DNA of 41,819 bases from a virus (Duplodnaviria > Heunggongvirae > Uroviricota > Caudoviricetes): positions 1 to 41,819 of the IMG/VR virus record IMGVR_UViG_2579779007_000006. The stretch is one strand, 5' to 3'. The position numbers were made by a program, and so were the translations under genes. This document shows positions 19,142 through 28,576 of this stretch, piece after piece. How positions within the stretch are numbered: the stretch's first letter is position 1; every line of letters begins with the position of its first letter. The notes beneath the pieces were generated by a model, which was given only the letters and a program-made list of their open reading frames with translations, did no database searches and had not been told where the DNA came from.

Positions 19142-20324
19142 CGGAGGGTTTCGTGGTCATGTTCATCGGTGTGAGATAGACATCACCACCGGGACGCGGA
19201 TTCATATCTTCCAGGTCGCGGCAGTCATTGGGAGAGTAAATTCCCCAGTTAATCCCGGTGGCGTAGGCTTCAAAACGGGACTTCATATCCCCGCGCAGTA
19301 ACGCCCCGGCGTTAAATTTGGCGTAATAAACGCCCTGCTTACTTTTTCGTACCAGTCCGGTGTTGATCCGCTGTTCGATGCGGGTCAGATACGGCACCAG
19401 TGAATAGTTGATAAATCCGAGCCCCAGTTCTTCGATATTGTTGAAGGTGGCGCGATCGGTGTTCTGCACCATGTGCAACGGTACCCGGAACAGACGACAG
19501 ATTTCTTCAAGCTGAAACTTGCGGGTTTCCAGGAACTGGCTGTCCTCGGCGTTCAGCGCCATCGACTTCCAGTCCAGCCCCATCTCAAGGATCATCGGGC
19601 GGTGAGCATTGCCAAGCCCGGTGTGACGCTCCTCAAAATCTTTCTTCAGGCGCTCGTAAGCCTGATCTGACAGCGTCTGCTCTGTACGCAACACACCCGA
19701 CGTCACCGCGCCATTGCTGAACAGTCTGGCCCCGTGCTCTTCGGTCGCTGCCGCCAGCGATATTGCCTCGCGGGCATAGGCGATGGGATTCAGCCCCACC
19801 AGTCCGTCCAGCGTCAGCGTGCGCACATGCCAGATATCCTCCTGGCTCAGTACATCCGTGGAGCCATCCGGGAATGTGACCTGATAGACCGGCTCCCAGC
19901 TACTGTTAAGCTTCGGTACCACACAGCCGGGATCGACGGGCAGCAGTTCAGCCACTTCGCCAAATGCTTTCACTTTGTAGGCATAAAAGTTTCCCCGCAG
20001 GCACAGACAGGTGACCACCAGCTCCCAGAACTCCTGCGGCGTCATATAGCCATTGGGATGCGTGGAGATCAGCTTATGCAGACGTTCGCCAGTGGCTCTC
20101 TGCTTCAGGCTGCCGTTCAGGCGATACAGGTTGCAGGGCAACATCCCGACCGACTCCGCCAGCACCCTGACGCAGGAAAAAACCGCCGTCAGTCGCATGG
20201 CCCTCTGGCTGCTGATCTGCTTTCCGGTATAGGTGTCGTATGACAGCCCGATAGCATCCACCAGCTCTGCTGGCGTGGTCACCGGTGCGTCACTTTTTCG
20301 TTGAAATAATCCCGAAAAGAACAC
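19083..20324 (-). CDS. portal protein (HK97 family)
   Basis: 413 aa following the large terminase. Confidence 0.9.
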   Translation of the reverse strand: MFFSGLFQRKSDAPVTTPAELVDAIGLSYDTYTGKQISSQRAMRLTAVFSCVRVLAESVGMLPCNLYRLNGSLKQRATGERLHKLISTHPNGYMTPQEFWELVVTCLCLRGNFYAYKVKAFGEVAELLPVDPGCVVPKLNSSWEPVYQVTFPDGSTDVLSQEDIWHVRTLTLDGLVGLNPIAYAREAISLAAATEEHGARLFSNGAVTSGVLRTEQTLSDQAYERLKKDFEERHTGLGNAHRPMILEMGLDWKSMALNAEDSQFLETRKFQLEEICRLFRVPLHMVQNTDRATFNNIEELGLGFINYSLVPYLTRIEQRINTGLVRKSKQGVYYAKFNAGALLRGDMKSRFEAYATGINWGIYSPNDCRDLEDMNPRPGGDVYLTPMNMTTKPSDGSKAGKQKDNANADETTS

Positions 20325-20506
20325 TATTTACCTCCACCAACAGACATCTGTGTACGGTCGAGATATCGCGCCACCAGCCACGACCAGAACAGGCACAACG
20401 CCCCGGCAACAACAAACCCCGCCGGGGGATAAATCAGCCAGGCACCATACGCCAGCAAAAGCACCCCCAGCACGCCCACCAGAGGCGCGAGAATCAGCAT
20501 GATCAT
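20324..20506 (-). CDS. small hydrophobic membrane protein, hypothetical
   Basis: 60 aa, two predicted hydrophobic helices, wedged between terminase and portal with stop/start overlap. Confidence 0.4.
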   Translation of the reverse strand: MIMLILAPLVGVLGVLLLAYGAWLIYPPAGFVVAGALCLFWSWLVARYLDRTQMSVGGGK

Positions 20507-20517
20507 AATTACCTCAG

Positions 20518-22251
20518 TTAAAGCGAGCGGATCCCGTAGGACTCAATGTGGTCGGACAGCGTGTCTTCTTTCTCATACAGCATGGCTCTGCCAACCGCCA
20601 TAATCAGCGCAACTGCACCATCGATTTTGTTTTCCGCCTGCTCTTTGACGGGCTTCACCACATCATCGTTACCCGGAATGGTTTTGCCGACCACGTTGCC
20701 GATACACCAGGTCATGATGGGATTGCCATCATGATGAAAGCGCCCCGATTCAATTGCCGCTTCCAGCTCTTTCATCGGGTCGGACATGTTGGTGTAGTTC
20801 TGAATGATGGTGATGGGATTCAGGTCTTCATCAGCAAGGTCATGTGACAGCCCGGTCGCCCCGAAGGGGTCGATGGGTGACTCGCTGACCGGGCTGATTT
20901 TGTTCGCCGCTTTGGCCTCTTCGAGGATGTAGCGATAATCCACCTCTGCACCATCGGTAACGGTCAGGACGCCCATTTCCCCCCATTTCTGAAAGCGTTC
21001 GGCTGTCCGGCGATCTTCATTTTTCTCGACGCTGTACACCGTGTCATACGGTACCCAGAAACGCGGGGCCACACTGTAGTAATGCGTTTTACCGTCAATC
21101 TCGCGGGTATAAAGTCGCGCCATGCTGTTCATATCCAGCTTACGCGCCAGGTCAAAGGCCAGAATGCACGGCTGCCCCTCGAACTGCTCAAGAGTCAGTG
21201 ATTTATCCTCGCAGCTCTGCCAGCTCACCAGGTTGAAATACGCCGAACGCGCCGACACCCAGATATTGAGGTGTTTTGTTTTAAAGACGTTTGCCAGACG
21301 GGCGTTATTTTTCGCACGCTGCTGCTGACTTAACAAAAATTCGCGATAAACCGACACGCCAATATTCGGGTTAGCTTTTTCCAGCACCTGCGGGTCGGTC
21401 CAGTCATCGCCTTCGTCAACGGTATAGATGATCCCGAACAGTTCATCGTTGGGTACCGACCCGTTGAGCATCTCGATAACTTCCCGTCGCTTGTCGTAGC
21501 ACGGCCCCTCAATGTTGTACCCGGCAGTAGTAATGGCCCACATCAGTGGCTGACGTCGCGCCCCCATCCCGGTAAGCATCGTGGTGTAAAGCGCATCGGT
21601 GGCGTGCTCGTGATATTCATCCACCACCGCACAGTGGGGTGATGAACCATCACCGGGGTTACCGATCAGCGGTTCAAACCGCGCGCCATCCTCCGGACGA
21701 TTCATGTTTGAGGCGTTAACCTCAATCCCGAACGCTTCCGTCAGCATGGGAGTGCGTTTACACATCAGTCGCGCCGGGCGAAAGACTTCCCACGCCTGTT
21801 TCTCTGTCGTGGCACCGGAATACACTTCCGCGCCAAACTCGTTATCACAGGCAAAACAATACAGGGCAACACCGGCAGAGATTGCCGATTTGCCGTTCTT
21901 ACGGGGGATTTCGGTATACACCTCCCGGAAGCGGCGCAGCCGGGACCCTTTATTGACCCAGCCAAACGCACAGCAGACCACAAATAGCTGCCACGGCTCC
22001 AGCGTGATGGGCATCCTCTTGAATGCCCACTCACCCTTGGTGTGCGGCAACAGCTGAATAAATTTGGCGGCCCGTTCAGCCAGGTCCTTGTCGAAGCGGT
22101 AACGAAACGACTTACTTTTTTCCGCCATCAGGTCATCAAGATGGCGCTGGCAGGCCTGAATCACAAACTGGCAGGCCACAATCTTTCCGCGCACAACATC
22201 ACGGGCATACTGATTGGCAGCATTTACGTTGGGGTAAGATTTCCGGCTCAT
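20518..22251 (-). CDS. terminase large subunit
   Basis: 577 aa; position and size typical of the ATPase/nuclease large terminase. Confidence 0.9.
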   Translation of the reverse strand: MSRKSYPNVNAANQYARDVVRGKIVACQFVIQACQRHLDDLMAEKSKSFRYRFDKDLAERAAKFIQLLPHTKGEWAFKRMPITLEPWQLFVVCCAFGWVNKGSRLRRFREVYTEIPRKNGKSAISAGVALYCFACDNEFGAEVYSGATTEKQAWEVFRPARLMCKRTPMLTEAFGIEVNASNMNRPEDGARFEPLIGNPGDGSSPHCAVVDEYHEHATDALYTTMLTGMGARRQPLMWAITTAGYNIEGPCYDKRREVIEMLNGSVPNDELFGIIYTVDEGDDWTDPQVLEKANPNIGVSVYREFLLSQQQRAKNNARLANVFKTKHLNIWVSARSAYFNLVSWQSCEDKSLTLEQFEGQPCILAFDLARKLDMNSMARLYTREIDGKTHYYSVAPRFWVPYDTVYSVEKNEDRRTAERFQKWGEMGVLTVTDGAEVDYRYILEEAKAANKISPVSESPIDPFGATGLSHDLADEDLNPITIIQNYTNMSDPMKELEAAIESGRFHHDGNPIMTWCIGNVVGKTIPGNDDVVKPVKEQAENKIDGAVALIMAVGRAMLYEKEDTLSDHIESYGIRSL

Positions 22252-22751
22252 GACTCGATGATTTTCAGAAACGGGTTAGTGGCTTTCTTCTGCCCCGCCA
22301 GGCCAATCAGACGCTGGCGGCTGCTGGGGTCGAGTCCGAGCATTGCCCCCGTGCTGCTCATCTCGGACTCCTGTTCTTTTTTGGCGGTCAGCTCCGGATT
22401 TTTGACCCTGCCGCCCATTGCACCGGTGATGGTGTTGCCCTGTATGGCAATATTTTTCACGGCACGTCGCCAGAACTCATAGGCCACGCACCACCGCTCA
22501 AGCACCGCGAGGTCAGTCACGCACAACAGGCCCTGACCGCAGAGTTCTTTGGTTGTCAGTTGCCACATGATCGTGGCGAGAGGGAGATTTTCTTCTGCGA
22601 ACCACTCCGGTGGCTCAACACCTTTGATGGGCGTAAAAACAGGTTCATCTTTATTCAGGGCTCGCTTGCCGGGGTTTCCGGCCAGCGCCTTGCGCGCCGT
22701 TGGCTTGGGGCGACGCCCGGAACGCCCCGCCGTTCCAGCCATATGCGGCAC
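22248..22751 (-). CDS. terminase small subunit
   Basis: 167 aa with a basic N-terminus, translationally coupled to the large subunit. Confidence 0.8.
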   Translation of the reverse strand: MPHMAGTAGRSGRRPKPTARKALAGNPGKRALNKDEPVFTPIKGVEPPEWFAEENLPLATIMWQLTTKELCGQGLLCVTDLAVLERWCVAYEFWRRAVKNIAIQGNTITGAMGGRVKNPELTAKKEQESEMSSTGAMLGLDPSSRQRLIGLAGQKKATNPFLKIIES

Positions 22752-22867
22752 TCCTGGTTAAATTTCATTTTTCGCGGGTATAAAAAAACGATGGGGCGGG
22801 CAGTCCGGAAGACGTCAGGTCACAGGGATTTGACCCGCCCCTCCCCTCAGACAGTTGAGAATTATTA

Positions 22868-23218
22868 TCACTTTAACCGTTCACGGGTCGTCTTCGCCTT
22901 ATGACACGGCCAGCACAGACTCTGCAGATTACTGTCAGCATCAGTGCCGCCATGCGCTTTAGGGATGATGTGGTCAACAGTTTTCGCCTCACGCACCACA
23001 CCAGCACGCAGACATAACTGACACAGGCCTTTGTCACGCTTCAGGACACGCGCGCGGATACTGTCCCACTTCGAACCGTAGCCGCGCTGATGACGGGATT
23101 GTCCAGGTTTGTATTGCTTCCAGCCTTCGCTTTTGTGGCTTTCGCAATAGCCTGACGGGTCAGTGGTGGTATGGCGGCAGCCGCGAATACGGCAGGCTTT
23201 TGGGGTTCGTGGGGGCAT
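22868..23218 (-). CDS. HNH endonuclease (terminase-associated, HK97 gp74-like)
   Basis: 116 aa with CxxC...H...CxxC His-Me finger, located just upstream of the terminase genes. Confidence 0.85.
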   Translation of the reverse strand: MPPRTPKACRIRGCRHTTTDPSGYCESHKSEGWKQYKPGQSRHQRGYGSKWDSIRARVLKRDKGLCQLCLRAGVVREAKTVDHIIPKAHGGTDADSNLQSLCWPCHKAKTTRERLK

Positions 23219-23272
23219 TTAAATTTCTCCTTCAATCATTACTACTGGTCTACCCATCGTAATGGCAACAAA

Positions 23273-23299
23273 AAACCGCCCGTGGAAAGTGGGCGGTTT
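23273..23299 (-). terminator. rho-independent terminator-like hairpin
   Basis: aaaccgccc / gggcggttt perfect 9-bp stem with a T-run on the minus strand, immediately after the 23314..23634 gene. Confidence 0.55.
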
Positions 23300-23313
23300 A
23301 GGAGAGAATCGAT

Positions 23314-23634
23314 TTAAATCAAATTGCCGATAAATTTCGCCTGTACAGACAGAGTCGCACCAGGAACACCAGCAATTCCACCTTCAAGGTAATAACCATC
23401 CCCAATATCTCTCACAGAGAGATCCATCACATAATCGTTAAGGCCTGCAATAACGTTTTGTGCTGAAGGGTTATGGCGGGATACATGAAGTTTCAATACC
23501 CCATCTTGTACACGCCCCTGATAGGTAAACCCAAAATCACCACCATTAACCGCATTATCCTTCACAACGACCGTGCCATTGCCAACATCATTATGACCGC
23601 TTCTGAACACAACAAAATAAATGCCGTCTTTCAT
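23314..23634 (-). CDS. hypothetical protein (moron between lysis and packaging genes)
   Basis: 106-aa ORF followed by its own terminator hairpin; no family recognised. Confidence 0.5.
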   Translation of the reverse strand: MKDGIYFVVFRSGHNDVGNGTVVVKDNAVNGGDFGFTYQGRVQDGVLKLHVSRHNPSAQNVIAGLNDYVMDLSVRDIGDGYYLEGGIAGVPGATLSVQAKFIGNLI

Positions 23635-23726
23635 GTGTATAGTCCTTCAAAAAAATCACCCAAATCAGGTGCTTTGTATCTATTGGGTCATCACATATCA
23701 AATCAAGGAACAAAATAAAGTGAACA

Positions 23727-23996
23727 TCATTTTTTTTGCATGATGTGACCACGCTCAACTTCAATCCTTCTGATGTCAGCTTTATCGGTATTACACTGCG
23801 CCAATGCAGACAACAAGGCGGCATTCAGATCTAAGCTCGAGCCCCACGTAAAATGATCAGGTAAATCAGGCTGAGGGGTTTCAACCGTCAGGCTGGCTGG
23901 CAGTGGTGCCGTCGGAGTGTTCACGTAAACTGTCCGCGTACTTCCGCAACCGCTCAGCAGCGGCAGCAGGCACAAGACGTGAAGCACAATCATCAT
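23727..23996 (-). CDS. Rz1: o-spanin Rz1 (outer-membrane lipoprotein)
   Basis: Starts MMIVLHVLCLLPLLSGCGS with a lipobox (LSGC); lies in the +1 frame overlapping the 3' end of Rz. Confidence 0.8.
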   Translation of the reverse strand: MMIVLHVLCLLPLLSGCGSTRTVYVNTPTAPLPASLTVETPQPDLPDHFTWGSSLDLNAALLSALAQCNTDKADIRRIEVERGHIMQKK

Positions 23997-24273
23997 CCGC
24001 AACGGCCATTTTGATATCTTCCTGGGCTCTCTGTGACTCCTGTGCGATCTGCTGTTTTGCATGCTGGTTAGCCTCCAGAACTGTATTGACGATTTGCAGT
24101 GATTGCAGGACGTTATTGGTAATGGCCATTGCTGATCCAGCATTTCGTACAGACTCATCAGCACGTTTCTTTTCGTACTGATATTTGCTGTAGTAGTGGT
24201 TGGCTGACCAGATGAAAGAACCAATGACAGTAACGAAGAAAGCAGCGATAACCAGCTTATAGCTCAACTTCAT
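23881..24273 (-). CDS. Rz: i-spanin Rz
   Basis: 130 aa with an N-terminal transmembrane segment and coiled-coil region, directly after the endolysin. Confidence 0.8.
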   Translation of the reverse strand: MKLSYKLVIAAFFVTVIGSFIWSANHYYSKYQYEKKRADESVRNAGSAMAITNNVLQSLQIVNTVLEANQHAKQQIAQESQRAQEDIKMAVADDDCASRLVPAAAAERLRKYADSLREHSDGTTASQPDG

Positions 24274-24733
24274 TTACCCCCCCACCAGCCTCTTCAAACC
24301 GTGCAATCAGGTCACCGATTTTATGTTCATACTGACCGTAACCTGCACCAGGTAATGACGCCCAGATATTGCTGCAACGGTCGATTGCCTGACGAATATT
24401 GCCGCGGTCAATCATCGGTAAAGCGCCACACTCTTTAATCTGCTGCAGAGCTACAGCGTCCTGGCTTTCTGGAGAAAAATCTTTCAGGCCAAGCTGTTTA
24501 CGGTAAGCATCCCACCAGCGTGAAAGAAGCTGGTAACGTCCGGCGGCTGTTGACTTGAGTTTCGGGTTTAGCGTGACAAGTTTGCGAGGGTGATCGGAGT
24601 AATCAGTGAAGAGTTCACCACCAACAATAACGTCATAACCGTGGTTACGTGTCGGTTGTCGTCCGTTATCCGTTCCTTCTGACCAAGCCACCATATCGAG
24701 GAAAGCTTTACGCTGGGAATTTAGTACCTGCAT
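24257..24733 (-). CDS. R: endolysin, lambda R-type lytic transglycosylase
   Basis: Near-identical over most of its length to lambda R as recalled (NQRKAFLDM..AWSEGTDNGRQ.TRNHGYDVIVGGELFTDYSDHP...). Confidence 0.95.
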   Translation of the reverse strand: MQVLNSQRKAFLDMVAWSEGTDNGRQPTRNHGYDVIVGGELFTDYSDHPRKLVTLNPKLKSTAAGRYQLLSRWWDAYRKQLGLKDFSPESQDAVALQQIKECGALPMIDRGNIRQAIDRCSNIWASLPGAGYGQYEHKIGDLIARFEEAGGGVNEVEL

Positions 24734-24736
24734 AAA

Positions 24737-25063
24737 TTACTCCTTAGAGCCACCAAATTTGTTACCGATTACTCGCATTGCAGCCCCACGAATAGCATCG
24801 ACACCGATCAGCCCCACCCCACCACCAATGGCAACAGATAGTGATTTAGGCCATCCGACATACTCAAGAGCGGATGCAAAAGTCAGCGTCAGAGCACCAC
24901 AGAGTAGAATTTCGAGTGTTTTTCGCTTCCAGCCGCCACCACCGCCAAAATAGGCAATACGTAAACCAGCCATAACAATCGACATAATCACTGCGCCCAG
25001 CGGTGTGTCTCCACGCCACCAGCTCTGGACCAACTCCAGCCAGGTATTTGGGTTATGAGGCAT
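24737..25063 (-). CDS. holin
   Basis: 108 aa with hydrophobic helices and a charged C-terminus, immediately upstream of the endolysin. Confidence 0.8.
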   Translation of the reverse strand: MPHNPNTWLELVQSWWRGDTPLGAVIMSIVMAGLRIAYFGGGGGWKRKTLEILLCGALTLTFASALEYVGWPKSLSVAIGGGVGLIGVDAIRGAAMRVIGNKFGGSKE

Positions 25064-25463
25064 TTGTAGTTATCTCTCACCTCGCCAATACAGGAGGTGC
25101 AAATTGAGGGAACATCATGTACCGCAAATCAGAAGCGGAAACGTAAAAGAGGCCGAGCCAATGGATAACTGCGGTATAGACCAGGCTCAACAAATAGCCG
25201 GGTCCAGAAACGACAAACCCGCTCGACGGCGGGTTTAAGCTGTGTGGCGAAGTGACCACTCTTAACACGATACAATAGTTTTTGCGTACGCGTTAGCATT
25301 TTTGATGGAAGTTAATGGTTGTTAATCTTATACTCAGTAAACAAAATTTATGCCGCCTTGAGCATGATGCGACATTAGGCACATGTTTGGATCTTCCTCG
25401 AAGATTCGTGCGGTAGCTATGCTCAAAATCCAATCAGCTCATAAAACATACTATGGGTTTTAA

Positions 25464-26213
25464 ATGCTCATTCCAACATCTCTATCAAAACAACCAGTAA
25501 TCGAAGCTGCTTTCGAAATGCGTTTTTCTAAAGAAACACAAATATCGGAAATAGTTCCAGGGTTTCTTTTTCACGCTCTAGGTTGTACAAAACCAGTAAT
25601 TAGTTTACCACCCAGTCAAATACCTAAAAATGTTCGTGAGGGAGATGAACAATTACATTACGCAGTTGTCAGTCGCCTCGAAATCGAAGGGTACTATATT
25701 GGACTAAGTGACCATGGTGTTGTTGTATCCACCAGCACCAAATATCAAGGGTGGAGTCATTTTAGAGAAAAAATCATTCATGTATTAAATGAGCTTAACA
25801 AATTAAATTTAAATGACAACATCATCCGCTACTCATTAAAGTATGTAGATTTTTTCCCAAAAGAAGACGATTCTAATTTATTTGATAAGCTAAACGTCAG
25901 CTTAAATATGGCTGGCGAGTCTATGTCTAATTATCCGATCAATATCAGAATCGATAAAAATGAAGGCGCATTTCTAAATATAATTCAAATATTATCTCAT
26001 GCTTTAGTCATGTCAGATAATGGAGAATTTAATAAAAAAGGACTAATCCTAGACATAGACAGTATTAGGCAAATCACTAATACTGATGAAATAGATAAGT
26101 TTAAAAACGAACCAAAAAAAATTCTTGATGATCTTCACTCCTGTAATAAATTAGCTTTCTTTAGTTGCCTTAAAGAGTCAACAATTCAAGAACTAGAACC
26201 ATCCTACAAATAG
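25464..26213 (+). CDS. hypothetical protein, possibly TIGR04255-family; cassette gene A
   Basis: 249 aa, AT-rich, opposite strand to all flanking phage genes. The N-terminal PVIEAAFEMRF resembles the start of TIGR04255-family proteins from memory (unverified). Confidence 0.6.
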   Translation: MLIPTSLSKQPVIEAAFEMRFSKETQISEIVPGFLFHALGCTKPVISLPPSQIPKNVREGDEQLHYAVVSRLEIEGYYIGLSDHGVVVSTSTKYQGWSHFREKIIHVLNELNKLNLNDNIIRYSLKYVDFFPKEDDSNLFDKLNVSLNMAGESMSNYPINIRIDKNEGAFLNIIQILSHALVMSDNGEFNKKGLILDIDSIRQITNTDEIDKFKNEPKKILDDLHSCNKLAFFSCLKESTIQELEPSYK

Positions 26214-26228
26214 AAATGGTGGTATGAT

Positions 26229-26573
26229 ATGTATCCGTCTCATCATGTTTATCGAGCTCAACTTCAAGTATTAACTTTGGTTTTATATGGTCTGCATATA
26301 ACAGCATTAACAGACATTGCCCAAAATCAACAGCATGGTCCTCAACAAAGTTTAATCGTCAAAAATCACGCTTTGGAGTATAAGTCTTCAACTACCGATT
26401 CAGTTCATTCCATCACACAAACATATAAAGCAGGGAGCACAATCTCAGTTGATCAAAGACTTGCAGTCTCGATGACAAACTTTTATGAAAAATTATCAAC
26501 AAACCAGGTGTCTTTAGGCAGTGAAATAAATAAAGTCGTTCATGCTTCACTGTGGGATTTATACTTGGATTAA
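26229..26573 (+). CDS. hypothetical protein; cassette gene B
   Basis: 114 aa, 15 nt after gene A, same strand; no family recognised. Confidence 0.45.
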   Translation: MYPSHHVYRAQLQVLTLVLYGLHITALTDIAQNQQHGPQQSLIVKNHALEYKSSTTDSVHSITQTYKAGSTISVDQRLAVSMTNFYEKLSTNQVSLGSEINKVVHASLWDLYLD

Positions 26574-27191
26574 GTGATGAGTAATAACATTTTTGATATC
26601 GAGAAATTCAAAGATCAAATTCCATATTATTTAACAGCTCATCAAAAAGAAGGGCTAATAAATGCACTTAGAGATTTCCCTGAAAACACTAACTACTACC
26701 TTAGCAATTATCATGATGATCTGAAAAATGCTGCACTTCAGGGAGATATATTTAAGGAGCTTACAGTATATTCAATTAAAGGGACTAAAAAAACACGAGG
26801 AATTATATTAAGCAACAGTTGCGATATAGATACAAGTAATAATCGTGATGTGCCAATGCGTGCAGTCTTTGCTCCGTTAGTAAGTTTATCTAAGTTCGAA
26901 GCTATTCTTCTCTCCAACGGAGTTTCTAAGACTTCAATAGATAGCAAAATTGATGCTATAAGGAAGCAGTTAATTACTAATATTTTTTATCTTCCTGAAT
27001 CAGACAACTTAGAAGAATGCATCGTTTTTCTTGATGATGTATACCAATTACCAACGGAAGAATTACAAAAACTCTTGAATGATAAATGCAAAGCCATAAC
27101 TTTAAGTCAAGTTGGTTTCTACATTTTACTATTCAAAATATCTATTCACTTTTGTAGATTCCATGAAAACATACAACGATTCGATCATTAA
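26574..27191 (+). CDS. hypothetical protein; cassette gene C
   Basis: 205 aa; start (GTG 26574 or ATG 26577) abuts the stop of gene B; followed by a terminator. Confidence 0.55.
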   Translation: MMSNNIFDIEKFKDQIPYYLTAHQKEGLINALRDFPENTNYYLSNYHDDLKNAALQGDIFKELTVYSIKGTKKTRGIILSNSCDIDTSNNRDVPMRAVFAPLVSLSKFEAILLSNGVSKTSIDSKIDAIRKQLITNIFYLPESDNLEECIVFLDDVYQLPTEELQKLLNDKCKAITLSQVGFYILLFKISIHFCRFHENIQRFDH

Positions 27192-27218
27192 GGCGGTACT
27201 ACCGCCTTTTATTATTTT
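27192..27218 (+). terminator. rho-independent terminator of the three-gene cassette
   Basis: ggcggt-act-accgcc stem-loop followed by ttttattatttt, directly after the cassette stop codon and abutting the 3' end of Q. Confidence 0.7.
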
Positions 27219-27576
27219 ACACAAGTATACTTACAACCCCCTCTATAAAACCGATTGCGGTTTGCAACTCCTTCCTAATAGTGCCATCAGAGCACCTTCT
27301 CTTTTTGGCAATAGTGCGTAATGAGATACCAATAACAAAGTGGGCTATGATGAGCTCATATTCCTCTGGTTTATACCTTCTCAACCGAGCCACACAACTG
27401 TCTATCATAATGCCTTCGTCATCATCACACTGAATCCGTGACTTTTTGCCATGAGGTAAAAGCCCCTTGAAGCCTGCTGCTACCGACTGCCAGTCCACAC
27501 CACTGTTGTCTGCTGCAGCCCATGCTCCCCAGCGGTCCAATACTTCATACATATCACGCATCAACTTACTCCACAA
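27217..27576 (-). CDS. Q: late-gene antiterminator Q
   Basis: 119 aa with the Q-family motif (LDRWGAWAA...W...AAGFKGLL, CxxC) as in lambdoid prophage Q proteins. Confidence 0.8.
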   Translation of the reverse strand: MWSKLMRDMYEVLDRWGAWAAADNSGVDWQSVAAGFKGLLPHGKKSRIQCDDDEGIMIDSCVARLRRYKPEEYELIIAHFVIGISLRTIAKKRRCSDGTIRKELQTAIGFIEGVVSILV

Positions 27577-27579
27577 AAA

Positions 27580-28575
27580 TCAGGCCAGCACGCCAATTGC
27601 CAGCGCACGATCGATAAAACGAAATATCAGCTCCAGCTGGGAGCCATATCTCTCTTCAAATGCCACGGTATCCGCATGCAGCTCGTCGTGATGCTTTCTG
27701 CACAAAGGCAACACAAAGAGGTCATGCGCTTTTGTACCCATTCCACCCTGACCGTGACCTATCAGGTGGTGGGGATCATCAGCTGGCTTTCCACAACATG
27801 CACACGGCTGTGTCTTAACCCAGCGCGTGTATTTTTCATTAACCCAGCGGCGACGTTTTGGGCGTAACATAAAAGACTCCGGCGACTCCGGATCCACTTT
27901 CAGCGCCAGCACCTTTTTCGCTTTATCCTGGATGATGCTGGTGGCAGGAACCGAAGGCACAAGGTCACTTTCCCGGGCGACAGACGGCACAACAGGCCTC
28001 GGTAATCTCAGTGCCTTACGGGCTGCACTTTCCGGTAAGGCATCCGCCAGGTCATTACGAATCAGCCACCAGCACAGTTCCGGCATTGTCACAACGTGAC
28101 TGTCATCAAAACCGAGATCCCGACGCACAACAGACAACACCCAGCGGGCACAGTTATCCGTTGCCATTGATTCCAGCCGTTCCGTGAACTGATCGCGCAG
28201 CTGGTTATCGCAGTGCCAGCACAGACGGATTGCGCCCGGAGCGTGTCGCATTGTGGTCATGTTCTCGCTGTGCCAGTCGGAATGAGGCCACTGGCAGCCT
28301 TTTTCACGAAGTAACCAGCTTTCAAGACATTCCACGCCACCAGCACGACGGATCACTGCCTCATTGCGGAACACGGCCCGAACGGCAGGATCATCCGCCA
28401 GCGGTTGTGATGCCGCCGGAACGGCACCACTGGCGAAAGATGAGTAACGTTCCGGCTCAGGCTCCAGCAGGACACGCCCCTGCATAAACAGGGGCATCAG
28501 CTCTGAACCTGGCCTGAACAATACGATCCCCATACGCGGGGCAATTTCAGGGGTCAGTAGTGCTCTCACGGTCAC
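27580..28575 (-). CDS. DUF968-family protein (HNH-like C-terminus)
   Basis: 331 aa with C-terminal CACCGKPADDPHHL...H, common in lambdoid nin regions next to rusA. Confidence 0.6.
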   Translation of the reverse strand: MTVRALLTPEIAPRMGIVLFRPGSELMPLFMQGRVLLEPEPERYSSFASGAVPAASQPLADDPAVRAVFRNEAVIRRAGGVECLESWLLREKGCQWPHSDWHSENMTTMRHAPGAIRLCWHCDNQLRDQFTERLESMATDNCARWVLSVVRRDLGFDDSHVVTMPELCWWLIRNDLADALPESAARKALRLPRPVVPSVARESDLVPSVPATSIIQDKAKKVLALKVDPESPESFMLRPKRRRWVNEKYTRWVKTQPCACCGKPADDPHHLIGHGQGGMGTKAHDLFVLPLCRKHHDELHADTVAFEERYGSQLELIFRFIDRALAIGVLA

Positions 28576-28576
28576 C

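Noticed and set aside
25077-25268. 63-aa minus-strand ORF just upstream of the holin
   Set aside because: It overlaps a hairpin and the probable late-promoter region, has no ribosome-binding site and a non-protein-like sequence; more likely regulatory DNA.
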